Program-made: the position numbers and the translations under genes
In this document: piece after piece, positions 16,895 to 26,365 of the stretch
How positions within the stretch are numbered: position 1 is the first letter of the stretch
Layout of the letters: each line of letters opens with the position of its first letter
Notes under the pieces: generated by a model
What the model was told of the DNA's origin: nothing
The model's database searches: none
The model's input: only the letters and a program-made list of their open reading frames with translations
Origin: a virus
Direction: 5' to 3' (one strand)
IMG/VR virus record: IMGVR_UViG_3300014613_000018
Location: 50,502-114,501 of that record
Length of the DNA: 64,000 nucleotides

Positions 16895-17606
16895 TATTCT
16901 CCTTAACTTTACAAACTTCACCAGTTACTATTCTCAGTTTATGAGGTTTGTTGTCATACAAGTCTCTAGGATTCTTAAACTCCATAGGGTCTCTATTATC
17001 AAACTCTTGTGAATATATTTCTAATTTAATTCTGCGTTCTGTCTCCATTAAGTTAAGTAGGTTCCAACAAGCAGCAGCTAAATGGTCTTCATCATACTCA
17101 CCCATTTTCCAAAGCTCAATGTGCCTTCTAGCTGAGTCATAAAAATCAATTGTATACATTCCTTTCTTCCAATTTTCTTCTGCCATTTTAGGATTATCAG
17201 CATCACTATATTTGACTCTACCAGCCTCATAATGTTTAGCTATCCTCTCAAGTGAATGAGAAGGAATCAAACTGTACATACCTTTACCTACTCTTTTATC
17301 TCTCACTGCACCACTAGGATACTTAGTCCTATCACCTGAATCCTTAATTGTACTATATACTTGTTCTTGTTCCTTTGTTGGTCTAGGTAACTCATCTATC
17401 ATAACACTCATTGGAGCTACAAACTCTAGGTGTTCAATTCCAATATCTCTAAATATCTTATTAACATACCCACCAGTCAATATTGCCTTAGCAGGAAACT
17501 TAACCCTAACCGTGTGCTTATCTATAATTGCCGTTATTGTTCCTTCTCTATTTACAAGATTAGGAAATGCTTCACCTACATACTTAACTCTGTCATTAAT
17601 TTCCAT
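16884..17606 (-). CDS. dATP/dGTP diphosphohydrolase (DUF5664-like) with N-terminal SH3-like domain
   Basis: SGAVRD..GKG.YSLIP, GRVKY, NWKKG, SARRH, EDHLAAACWN. Confidence 0.8.
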   Translation of the reverse strand: MEINDRVKYVGEAFPNLVNREGTITAIIDKHTVRVKFPAKAILTGGYVNKIFRDIGIEHLEFVAPMSVMIDELPRPTKEQEQVYSTIKDSGDRTKYPSGAVRDKRVGKGMYSLIPSHSLERIAKHYEAGRVKYSDADNPKMAEENWKKGMYTIDFYDSARRHIELWKMGEYDEDHLAAACWNLLNLMETERRIKLEIYSQEFDNRDPMEFKNPRDLYDNKPHKLRIVTGEVCKVKENNEN

Positions 17607-17753
17607 TTAATACCACCATTTATGAAGATTACTTACGAACCATATAATTACTCCTATGAGTCCTACAATTACAAACCAGTACCATGCTACACTAAAGAAT
17701 ATTCCTAAACAGATTAATGTAGCAACTATTGCTCCTAGTACAAAATTAGTCAT
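17607..17753 (-). CDS. 48-aa membrane protein (not in ORF track)
   Basis: MTNFVLGAIVATLICLGIFF...; AAGGA RBS. Confidence 0.55.
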   Translation of the reverse strand: MTNFVLGAIVATLICLGIFFSVAWYWFVIVGLIGVIIWFVSNLHKWWY

Positions 17754-17762
17754 TTATTTTCC

Positions 17763-17969
17763 TTAATATATTTCATCTTCGTCACACCAGAATACAGTAT
17801 CCTTTATTAATACTAAATATGTTGTTACTAATTCCTTATTAGAATTTTTGTGTAAAGATATTTTAAGAATCTCTCCTTGTGCTTCTCGTAAGTCAGTGTA
17901 AGGATACTGTTGAGATTCTTCTTTAATTCTAACATTGCTATTGAGAGCATACCTAACTTTATACTTCAT
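17763..17969 (-). CDS. hypothetical protein
   Basis: operon context. Confidence 0.6.
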   Translation of the reverse strand: MKYKVRYALNSNVRIKEESQQYPYTDLREAQGEILKISLHKNSNKELVTTYLVLIKDTVFWCDEDEIY

Positions 17970-18222
17970 CTTCCACACTCACAATCTCTATCGTTATCTT
18001 ATCACCTAATTTAGTTACAATTACATTCTGTTTAATTAGATACCATCTTTCCTTTTTATCTGCTTCGTGACACATTTCTCTTAGTTTTCTTTGTTGTGGC
18101 ACTGTTAAAGGAAACTTATTAACCTGAGTTTTACCTTCAAACCATAAGATTGTACCTGTTTCTCTTGATGCAGGTTTATCATGCAACTTATGTTCATGTA
18201 ACCAATCTTGATTAGTTTTCAT
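17959..18222 (-). CDS. hypothetical protein
   Basis: GAGGAG RBS; ATGA overlap. Confidence 0.65.
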   Translation of the reverse strand: MKTNQDWLHEHKLHDKPASRETGTILWFEGKTQVNKFPLTVPQQRKLREMCHEADKKERWYLIKQNVIVTKLGDKITIEIVSVEDEV

Positions 18223-18500
18223 TCTATTAACTCCTCTTCTACAAGCATTTCATTTTCCATTAAGTTTTCTATAATTTCATGTGCAAATGCTTCAGCTATT
18301 TTTTCATTAGGAAACATATCTGCAAATTCTGCTGTCCATAGATTGTTAGTAGGATCACTCAGACTAAGGATTATTAACTGTACTCCAGTTTCACAATTTG
18401 TTTTAGGTAATGTAAATATACAACTGCCAACTTGAAAGAAATCCTCTTGTGTGGCAGGTGTAATATTGTACTTGAAATTGCCAATTCTAAACTCACTCAT
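18219..18500 (-). CDS. hypothetical protein
   Basis: operon context. Confidence 0.65.
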   Translation of the reverse strand: MSEFRIGNFKYNITPATQEDFFQVGSCIFTLPKTNCETGVQLIILSLSDPTNNLWTAEFADMFPNEKIAEAFAHEIIENLMENEMLVEEELIE

Positions 18501-19128
18501 TAGAACCTTTCATAATCCATTCAGGATGTTCAATTTGTTCCATTACAGCATCTATAAACATTTTCCATTGTGGTAGCTTATGATTCTTCCTCTGATTACA
18601 AATATTCTGTAATGCCATATAATTAGTGCTTATTACTCTAGTGTAAAGATAGCCTACAGGAATCCTGTTTACATATTCTTCAAACTTCAAGTTACCTAAT
18701 TGTACATCTTTCCTATCTCTACTTAACTGTTCCAAGTAAACTTCAGGAATATAATACTCAAAGTTATCCTGTGTCAAGTCCTCATTTAGAATGGTGTGCA
18801 TCTGGGAAGTTGAAAGATCATAGACAAATGTATATTCCTTCATGTGCTTCCACCAGAAATCAGGTGCTTCAATAAGGAACTGTAGGAAGGAGTGTCTAAG
18901 GAACTCTGAGTGTCCACCATTTTTAAGAGCAAGTTTAGAAGCTCTGTTCTCCATACGAGCTATTATAGCATCTCCTATTTTCTCAGGTAGAGTATCTGTA
19001 GGTGTCCAATCCTTAGAGTAACTAGGACTCAAGATGTAATTAGTAAAGTCACAAGTCTTACCATAGCTTAATCCTATGCCTAGTAGAGCACCATTAACGC
19101 CAGATTCTTCTATTTTAACTATTTTCAT
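18493..19128 (-). CDS. divergent ThyX-fold (flavin-dependent thymidylate synthase-like) protein
   Basis: GHSEFLRH, STSQMH, TNYMAL...QRKNHKLPQW; lacks canonical RHR motif. Confidence 0.6.
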   Translation of the reverse strand: MKIVKIEESGVNGALLGIGLSYGKTCDFTNYILSPSYSKDWTPTDTLPEKIGDAIIARMENRASKLALKNGGHSEFLRHSFLQFLIEAPDFWWKHMKEYTFVYDLSTSQMHTILNEDLTQDNFEYYIPEVYLEQLSRDRKDVQLGNLKFEEYVNRIPVGYLYTRVISTNYMALQNICNQRKNHKLPQWKMFIDAVMEQIEHPEWIMKGSNE

Positions 19129-19438
19129 TTAGTAACTCCCTAATTCTTGTATCAAAGTGTTCTCTACAAGAAGTTAAATGCCCTACACAAGGGAATAGTT
19201 CATTAGAGACTTGTATATTCCAAGGCTTAGGGATTAGGCGTAGTTTTGTTGCTATTCCGTCCACTATTCCTCTGGGGTAAGGGGCTGTAAATCTTTGATG
19301 TGGTATATTAGGGTCTCTAAATAGAATCTCTCCACAAAAAAGTTCCTCAGCATTACTAAAAGAGTCCTGATTGGGGTATACTCTAATAAGCACATCTGGT
19401 TCATCTGCATACTCATAATCTAAAAACAGTATTGGCAT
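19115..19438 (-). CDS. hypothetical protein
   Basis: RBS. Confidence 0.6.
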   Translation of the reverse strand: MPILFLDYEYADEPDVLIRVYPNQDSFSNAEELFCGEILFRDPNIPHQRFTAPYPRGIVDGIATKLRLIPKPWNIQVSNELFPCVGHLTSCREHFDTRIRELLNENS

Positions 19439-19486
19439 TTCTATTCCTTTCTATTATAATGAACTATCCAATTTAGCTGTTTTCAT

Positions 19487-19699
19487 TTAGTAATCTCCTG
19501 TTACAAGTATAATTGCTGTTTCATTAGTCATATCTACTTCTCTTAAATCATTTTCTGTAGCCCCAGCAGTTAAATTGCTTCTCTTCAACTCTAAGTTAAT
19601 TAGTTCTACTGCCTTTTCAATATTAAGAGCTAATACAATAGCACCAAATCCAACAGGCCATCTAGCAAATTTTGTATCGTTACAAGTAAATAACTTCAT
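19487..19699 (-). CDS. hypothetical protein
   Basis: ATGA overlap. Confidence 0.65.
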   Translation of the reverse strand: MKLFTCNDTKFARWPVGFGAIVLALNIEKAVELINLELKRSNLTAGATENDLREVDMTNETAIILVTGDY

Positions 19700-19911
19700 A
19701 TCACCATTCCTTCAGGATACTTAGTTGTAAGAGGTCTATAATTTTCTGCTTGACCCTTACCACATTTAGTACAAGTCATTTTAGGTATTACATTCTCATG
19801 GAAGTTTCTGTCATCATAACCATTACCTTTTTCCTCGTAACCACAATGTTCACACACATAAATTGCAGTAAAATCCCTTCTATGTTGTGAAATAATTTCT
19901 TTAATTTTCAT
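19696..19911 (-). CDS. zinc-ribbon protein
   Basis: RRDFTAIYVCEHCG...CTKCG. Confidence 0.7.
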   Translation of the reverse strand: MKIKEIISQHRRDFTAIYVCEHCGYEEKGNGYDDRNFHENVIPKMTCTKCGKGQAENYRPLTTKYPEGMVI

Positions 19912-19915
19912 CTAA

Positions 19916-20158
19916 TTACTCACCAATCTTTACAGTGTCTACTTCAAGTACATAGCCTGTTACGACAAGTGTATCAGGTATATTAACAGGATCACTTCTA
20001 ACAGGTGTTGTATCTAATCCTGCTAACAAACCTAAGAAGAACATACATAGAATTAGTAAAATAGTACCTATAGCACCTCGTGCCAATTTATCACTATCGG
20101 TTGCAATTATCACTAAACAAAATCCTACAAATGCCAAAGCTCCAAATAACCAACCCAT
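19916..20158 (-). CDS. two-TM membrane protein
   Basis: hydrophobic segments. Confidence 0.65.
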   Translation of the reverse strand: MGWLFGALAFVGFCLVIIATDSDKLARGAIGTILLILCMFFLGLLAGLDTTPVRSDPVNIPDTLVVTGYVLEVDTVKIGE

Positions 20159-20164
20159 TTCAAT

Positions 20165-20404
20165 TTACTCCTTTTCTACTATGCTATAATGCTGTGGTAT
20201 TCTGATAGTGCCACATTTAGGGCAAGCATATAATTCTACTTCATAATCATCAGTTTCATAGTAACCGCCTCTATCAGGATTATCTACAAAGAAGCCCCTT
20301 CTACTATCAGATTTAATCTCTCTAAAAGGATCATCACCTTGCTTAGGTTTACTATCTAAATAATCACCCTCATAAACATAGCCACAGATACAACTAATTT
20401 TCAT
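20165..20404 (-). CDS. zinc-ribbon protein
   Basis: CICG...LYACPKCG. Confidence 0.7.
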   Translation of the reverse strand: MKISCICGYVYEGDYLDSKPKQGDDPFREIKSDSRRGFFVDNPDRGGYYETDDYEVELYACPKCGTIRIPQHYSIVEKE

Positions 20405-20416
20405 TTTAATTTCCTT

Positions 20417-20674
20417 TCACTTTATTCTATACATCATGTGTGCTCGTGCTGTTTCACAGGCAATGAGAGTGTTCAATTCTCCTACTAAGTAACAAGCTAC
20501 TTGATTCATTCCAACACTATTAGGTAAGTCTCTTTTAAGATTAAGTCTAGTAAAGGTCTCTGTTACAATTGCGCGTATGACCTCATCAAACTTATACTTA
20601 GTCAAGACTTTACACATGACTTTATAAGCTTCCAACAATTGAGCATCTATTTCTTGTTGTATCTTTAATTCCAT
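20417..20674 (-). CDS. hypothetical protein
   Basis: RBS before MELKIQ. Confidence 0.6.
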   Translation of the reverse strand: MELKIQQEIDAQLLEAYKVMCKVLTKYKFDEVIRAIVTETFTRLNLKRDLPNSVGMNQVACYLVGELNTLIACETARAHMMYRIK

Positions 20675-20675
20675 T

Positions 20676-20993
20676 TTAACTATTCCTTTCATACATTTCA
20701 AAGTTACCACTAACCCACATTTCAGTCATTCTATTTTCAACCTGCTCAATAGTATAATCATTGGGAACCTGAAAGTCAATATCCCATGTTTCATCACCCC
20801 TACTAAATTGAACATTAGCTGTCCAGTAAATCTTATTAGGCAAGTTAGGAACATTAGTATAATCATACTTGTAGAGTTGTAAGTAGAAGCATATTCCATC
20901 AGGATTAAGCATCTTTTTCTGCCAACATTCAGTAGTATTTTGAGGAAAATTAGTGGTAAATTTAGTGTAACCTTTAGCCGTTAAATTAGTCAT
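20676..20993 (-). CDS. hypothetical protein
   Basis: GAAAGGA RBS; promoter at 21082-21055. Confidence 0.7.
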   Translation of the reverse strand: MTNLTAKGYTKFTTNFPQNTTECWQKKMLNPDGICFYLQLYKYDYTNVPNLPNKIYWTANVQFSRGDETWDIDFQVPNDYTIEQVENRMTEMWVSGNFEMYERNS

Positions 20994-21089
20994 TTCATTT
21001 TCCTTTCAGTTACTCTAGTTTCCAATTAGATACTTCAGTTTCACAATCCCACTTAATATAACACTTCAAGTTTCAATGTCAAGTACCAA

Positions 21090-21178
21090 CAAGAAACCTC
21101 CTATATTTCAAGGAGGCTCTTGCTGAAAGGAGGTAATATGAAACTCACACTGTAAGAAGGATGAGTCTTATCAGTGCA
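21090..21178 (-). ncRNA. candidate ~90-nt sRNA with anti-Shine-Dalgarno segment
   Basis: own promoter TTGACA(21212)-17-TATATT, 5' hairpin, UUUCAUAUUACCUCCUUUC, terminator hairpin; no ORF on transcribed strand. Confidence 0.55.
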
Positions 21179-21214
21179 AGTGTAATATACAGATTGAAGA
21201 TTAGATTGTCAAGT

Positions 21215-22261
21215 CTACATTCTCCACACTCTATACTCACATCTACATTCTACATGATAAGGAATTGCTATTCCCACACTTGCTAATGCTTCTGAATCTG
21301 ACATTACATCTATTCGTGCACCATTTGCTAATATAAATTCATTAGTATCACTGTCTATACCATTAACAAAAGGACTAGCATTTACTAAATCGTCTAGTGT
21401 AGAAGCTGCCATAGCTCTTTCATACCCAGCAGCAACATCATCTACTCTGTACACTCCTGCTAATGCAATACACCTTTCGCAGGTACGATCATCACCTACA
21501 GGCAAACTTTCCACGTAGACAACACCACTTCTTTGATAGCCGAACACACGACCATAATTCCTAGCTCTACCTACAACTACACTAGCTAATCTATCATAGT
21601 AAAGTTGGCTCTTCAAAGGAATTAAATCTTTTAATCCTTCAGCAAACAATCTCTGTGCTTCTACTCTGTCTAATCCTTGTACCAGTAAATCTCTAGTTAA
21701 CCTTGTTGTAACAGGTGACATTATCTGACTTGCTACACTTAAACCACCATAAATAATCCCTACATTAACTAACTGTGAGATTGCACTTCTATCTTGCTCT
21801 TCATTAGGCTGATATTCATTTTCAGAAGCATTTCTACTTACATCTAAACCAGCATTATACATTTCAGTTACAACATCATTTACTTCAGATTCATGTTCTC
21901 TTGACCACACAACTCCAAAAGGCTGACTAAGTAAGGTGTCAACTTCTTTTAGATTCTGAGTAAGTGCTTGTGTCATTTCAACATTTGTAGCACCTGAATC
22001 ATACAGCACTTTTAAGCTTTCGTAAATGATACCGTAAGCAATTAGAATTAACTTAGTATCTGTAAGGTAACTTAAATGCTCTTGAAACTTAGTGTTAAAA
22101 TCCTCTGTAAATATCTCACTAAATTTATCTTCAAATGGTAAAGGGTTATCCAAAGGTGAGATACCTTTATTTACCAATACTGAAGATAATGTGTAGTCTA
22201 CTTTAGATAGCTCTTGTTGTAGTAACTGTTTCTTTAAGTCTATTTTATGTTGTTTGAACAT
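21215..22261 (-). CDS. head morphogenesis protein (SPP1 gp7/MuF-like)
   Basis: DDRTCERC...PYHVECRC; downstream of portal. Confidence 0.8.
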   Translation of the reverse strand: MFKQHKIDLKKQLLQQELSKVDYTLSSVLVNKGISPLDNPLPFEDKFSEIFTEDFNTKFQEHLSYLTDTKLILIAYGIIYESLKVLYDSGATNVEMTQALTQNLKEVDTLLSQPFGVVWSREHESEVNDVVTEMYNAGLDVSRNASENEYQPNEEQDRSAISQLVNVGIIYGGLSVASQIMSPVTTRLTRDLLVQGLDRVEAQRLFAEGLKDLIPLKSQLYYDRLASVVVGRARNYGRVFGYQRSGVVYVESLPVGDDRTCERCIALAGVYRVDDVAAGYERAMAASTLDDLVNASPFVNGIDSDTNEFILANGARIDVMSDSEALASVGIAIPYHVECRCEYRVWRM

Positions 22262-23186
22262 TATTCTCCCTAAATAAATCTTGTTCTATTCCTTCTGGTT
22301 GTTTCATATCATAGGCAACATAGGGAACCCCAATATAATCTAATACTTCTCCACAGCCTAGTTTATTTATACAGTAATCCCATTGTTTGGGGTGTGTTTT
22401 TTGCATACGCTGAAATCTGTTAGGAGTATCTTCTAGGTGTACTCCAAACATGCAAAACATACACCCAGTTCGGGTGTACCCTTTATTATAGATAGGAGCA
22501 TAAGAAATCTGGTTGACACTTAAATAGTTCCAAATATCTTTTTCTGTCCAAAAAGCTAAAGGCATGGAAAGAGGTCTATTTGATTCAAAGTTGTTACACT
22601 CCGTTGCCAAATAGCTTGTTTCCCTGAGCCTAGAATCTTGAGCCATAGTCCCAACATATCCTTTTCTCCCTTGCTTTTCATACTTCTTAATTGGGCTTTT
22701 TTTCATTATGTTGCAACAAGTTGAGGACACAGAAAACGATGCAGTTATTAGCCTTCTCCACTTAATAGGAAGTTTACCATTTCCTTTTATATCCCCATAC
22801 ATTCTTTTATTCTTTAGCTGTTTTGATTTAGTATTTCTTATCTCAGCTACCTTTTGAGCTACTTCCTTACTGCCTACAGGATAACCATATTTTTCTATGA
22901 CTTTATTAAAAGGCATTTTAGGTTTTAGCCAAGTTACATTATCTATAGTTTTAACAAAGTCTCTTATTTCTGGGTATTCTAAACCTGTGTCTACAAAAAC
23001 AGCAGGTACTTCAGGATATAGTTCTCTTACTAAATGCAAGAGTGCTGTGCTGTCCTTCCCTCCACTAAAAGAAATATAAACTTCACCTTTCCAGTAGTCA
23101 TACCAGCTTCTTATGCGTCTTTTGCTCATCATTATTTTAGCTTCTAAAGGCAAGCTTTGTCTTTGGGCTAATTGCCAAGCCTCAAT
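22245..23186 (-). CDS. PAPS reductase-family (PP-loop) protein
   Basis: SFSGGKDS, VDTGLEYPE, CC.IMKK.P, RTGCMFC; start probably ATT at 23186. Confidence 0.85.
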   Translation of the reverse strand: MEAWQLAQRQSLPLEAKIMMSKRRIRSWYDYWKGEVYISFSGGKDSTALLHLVRELYPEVPAVFVDTGLEYPEIRDFVKTIDNVTWLKPKMPFNKVIEKYGYPVGSKEVAQKVAEIRNTKSKQLKNKRMYGDIKGNGKLPIKWRRLITASFSVSSTCCNIMKKSPIKKYEKQGRKGYVGTMAQDSRLRETSYLATECNNFESNRPLSMPLAFWTEKDIWNYLSVNQISYAPIYNKGYTRTGCMFCMFGVHLEDTPNRFQRMQKTHPKQWDYCINKLGCGEVLDYIGVPYVAYDMKQPEGIEQDLFRENNVQTT

Positions 23187-23233
23187 GATTTCACCCTCTT
23201 TTCTTAGGGAGCCATATTTCAGACTCCCTTTAA

Positions 23234-25189
23234 TTAATCTTCCTTATTCCTTGTAAGTAAATTATTTATTAATTCGTTATCTTCAGCTAAACTACTGTAA
23301 AACATATCTAATGCTTTAATAGTAGGTTCGTCTACATGTTTGTGTTCAAGAACCTTATTTAAGCCTTTACGCATAAACATTAAAGCCTTCACAGTGTCAT
23401 CAATTACAACACCTTCATCTGCAAAATCATCTTTCTTATCTTGCTTTATAGCTGCTACCAATTCTTTATTATCAAGGATTTCGCCAATAAGAGTAGGAGA
23501 AATTTCACTAAATTGGAGGATGCTTATTGCTATTCCACGGGGCATGTCTGCCCAGAACTTATCAATCTTACTTAACCCTAACACTTCTGACCTGTAATCA
23601 TTGATAGTTAAAGCTCCAGCAGTTACTTCCATGATTGACAATTCCTTCTCATCCTTCTGTGACATTGTACTTAACTTAGTAAAGAATATTTCTGCAAGAA
23701 GATTGTCCTCTTTAACTTCGCCATCTTCATCATTAACAATGTAACCCTCTTGTACTGCCCATTCCTTAGTAAAAGTATCATTACAAAGATTAGTCATTAT
23801 TTCACCTTCAGGAATAAATACTGTAGTTGTACACAAATCCCTAGATGTATAGCTTGTAGCTCTATTTACTCCACCACCAGTACTGCCATAAAATATGGAG
23901 CTTATATTAAATGCTTCTCTAATAGTCTCTTCACACGCAGCTTGATACTTCATAAAACTTGCATCTTCAGATAATCCTACAGTGATAGGTTCAATCTTAA
24001 TTGTTGGGGGTTTAGAATTAGGTGAAAGCTGATTCTTACTACTCACACAAAGTAGCATTGCTCTACCTACATTTTCTCTACCTTTACCTTTAGTTTGGAA
24101 GTACTTCTTTAAGTTACCAATAGTATTATCATCAACAGCACCGCCTGCAATAGTAATGATAAATCTAGGCTCTGCTCTATTGTTAAAGAAATGTACATTA
24201 GTCTCAGCAGCATATCTTGCACCTAAAATTTGAGGTATTGCACCTGTCCAGTTAGATACACCATACACATCTGAAATCAGGTTATATTCCTTATATTTTA
24301 ACAGCCTAGTAGCTCTGCTCTTTAATGGTGCATTATTACTAAAATCTTCATAGCTTCTTTTAGTCTTATCGTCAAATCGCTTAAAATACTTCTTTTTACC
24401 ATTCTTAATCCAGATATATCTATCTAAATTCTTACCTTCATAAATGTAAGTAGGATTGATTGTAGTGATCTTACTAATCTCACCTTTACGGTTATCTACA
24501 ATCTCAAATATTCCCTCACCTAAACCGAACTTACTAAAGTCAACTTCATAAGCAATTTGATAGAATTTTTTACCTTGTTCTACTCTTGAATTATACCACT
24601 CAAGTAACTTTCTACCTTGCTCGTAATATTCCTTCTGTTCATCCTCTGAATAGTCAGCTACTTTCCTACCTTTAGTAGGTCTGAATGATTGACCTAACCC
24701 TACTGAGTTTCTTGCAGCAACACCTACACTTGACTTTAACCTTTGATTACCTTCTATCAATTCAGTCAGTGCTTCTTGGTCATAAGGCTTATCTACATAT
24801 TCACCTGCTGCTAAGTAATCTGCTTGAGTTTCAATGGTAACATCGGATGCAGGAAATGGAGGGTCTGTAGGGCTGTAATAAGACTTGTTTAATTTCTCAT
24901 ACTGTTCTTGTAACTTATCATATTCCTCATTAGTTTTAGTAACCTTTAATGATGATTTAAGTACTGCTAATTTTTCCTTTTTATCTTCATCAAACTTAAC
25001 CTTTAACTTCTTGTTATCTGACTTCCACTTCCTATGTAAAGTCTTCCATGATTCAACATGAGTTTTCCGTTTAGATTCAGACTCATCAGTTTCCTTCTCT
25101 TGTAAAGAAAACTTTTGCATATACTTAGATTCATCCCATTCTCCTATAATGATAGATTCACTGTTATCACTGACTGTTTTACTCTTCAT
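23234..25189 (-). CDS. portal protein
   Basis: YGVS...NVHFFNNRAEPRFII, DASF, LTINDYR; position after terminase. Confidence 0.85.
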   Translation of the reverse strand: MKSKTVSDNSESIIIGEWDESKYMQKFSLQEKETDESESKRKTHVESWKTLHRKWKSDNKKLKVKFDEDKKEKLAVLKSSLKVTKTNEEYDKLQEQYEKLNKSYYSPTDPPFPASDVTIETQADYLAAGEYVDKPYDQEALTELIEGNQRLKSSVGVAARNSVGLGQSFRPTKGRKVADYSEDEQKEYYEQGRKLLEWYNSRVEQGKKFYQIAYEVDFSKFGLGEGIFEIVDNRKGEISKITTINPTYIYEGKNLDRYIWIKNGKKKYFKRFDDKTKRSYEDFSNNAPLKSRATRLLKYKEYNLISDVYGVSNWTGAIPQILGARYAAETNVHFFNNRAEPRFIITIAGGAVDDNTIGNLKKYFQTKGKGRENVGRAMLLCVSSKNQLSPNSKPPTIKIEPITVGLSEDASFMKYQAACEETIREAFNISSIFYGSTGGGVNRATSYTSRDLCTTTVFIPEGEIMTNLCNDTFTKEWAVQEGYIVNDEDGEVKEDNLLAEIFFTKLSTMSQKDEKELSIMEVTAGALTINDYRSEVLGLSKIDKFWADMPRGIAISILQFSEISPTLIGEILDNKELVAAIKQDKKDDFADEGVVIDDTVKALMFMRKGLNKVLEHKHVDEPTIKALDMFYSSLAEDNELINNLLTRNKED

Positions 25190-25258
25190 TTAATTCCTTT
25201 CTTTAATACAATTCTAAAATACCCTGTCGTAATCTATTTGCTGCAATTATTTAAATTC

Positions 25259-26365
25259 CTAAATTTTATCAAGCCATTGTTCATATACCCTCGTTGCAAC
25301 TTGTGCGGCCATCACTGGTGGAACGGACATTCCTATTAGATAATGAGGATTACACCCAACAAAATTGTAATCTGTTGGAAAAGTACCTGCCCGTATAAGT
25401 TCTTTTGCATTTAATTGTCTTTTAATAGCATAATGCCAACTTCCGTGATGAGGATCAGCAGCAATAGTTGGTATTACTATACAAGGTGAAGTTTTATTAT
25501 CATTAAAAAAAGAACCTGTCGGGTGGTATTCTGAAAAACTATGTCCTGGTTTGGCTAAATCCCACAAAGTAGAAACCTTGGTGTGCACTATAGTTGACTG
25601 ATCACAAACATCTTCAATTTCTGAAAAAACAATTTTGCTCTCATTAAACTCTAACTGAAGCACCGGGATTGTACAAAACAAATCTACAAAGATACCTGTA
25701 TACAAATCCTTCCGTATAGCATAAAAGAAAACTCTTTCTCTGCGCTGAGGCACACCCATTTTAGAAGCATTAAGTAATTTAAAACCTACATAGTAACCAG
25801 CAAAGTCAAATGCTCTGCGGATTTCAGCTACATACTTTTCAGCATCTCCTAACAACAAACCTTTAACATTCTCAGCAATTACTACCTTTGGTTTAAGTTT
25901 CTCGGCAAGGTCAATAAAGTCAAAAAATAGAGTATCTAGTACTTGGTCAGCCTGTCCTTCTCTAAACTTCTTTTCCTTACCCCAATCCTTATCACGATTA
26001 CCAGCCATGCTAAATGATGAACACGGAGGGGAACCATCTAAAATATCCAAGTTATACAATTCTTCCGGTAAATCTTCTCTAAGCTTAAATGTCTGGATGG
26101 GTTCAAGATAACTATACTTCGGATGATGGTTTGCTATATATGCTTCCATCATTTTTGGGTCTATCTCATTACAACCTATAACATCAAATCCTGCCAGCTT
26201 ATAGCCCATAGTAGAACCACCGCCACAAGCAAAACAAGAGAATACTTTCCCTTTATCCTTCTTAAAATTAGTATCTTTTAGTGTCCACACATAAGGAAAC
26301 CGATGCTTTTCAGACTGATATAATTTTATTTTGTTATTTCTTACTCCTCTTTTAGCTACACCCAT
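25259..26365 (-). CDS. DNA (cytosine-5) methyltransferase
   Basis: FACGGG, GSPPCSSFS, ENVKG, QRRERV, GMSVPP. Confidence 0.92.
   Translation of the reverse strand: MGVAKRGVRNNKIKLYQSEKHRFPYVWTLKDTNFKKDKGKVFSCFACGGGSTMGYKLAGFDVIGCNEIDPKMMEAYIANHHPKYSYLEPIQTFKLREDLPEELYNLDILDGSPPCSSFSMAGNRDKDWGKEKKFREGQADQVLDTLFFDFIDLAEKLKPKVVIAENVKGLLLGDAEKYVAEIRRAFDFAGYYVGFKLLNASKMGVPQRRERVFFYAIRKDLYTGIFVDLFCTIPVLQLEFNESKIVFSEIEDVCDQSTIVHTKVSTLWDLAKPGHSFSEYHPTGSFFNDNKTSPCIVIPTIAADPHHGSWHYAIKRQLNAKELIRAGTFPTDYNFVGCNPHYLIGMSVPPVMAAQVATRVYEQWLDKI

Noticed and set aside
16884-17606. Z-base (2-aminoadenine) genome
   Set aside because: No purZ in the window; the diphosphohydrolase alone is insufficient
22245-23186. 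Complete Dnd phosphorothioation system or sulfate assimilation gene
   Set aside because: No dndB/D/E, cysteine desulfurase or other cys genes seen
23204-23215. Programmed +1 frameshift at CCC-TAA into the PAPS-reductase gene
   Set aside because: The gene is in the -1 frame relative to that ATG; the +1 frame stops within five codons
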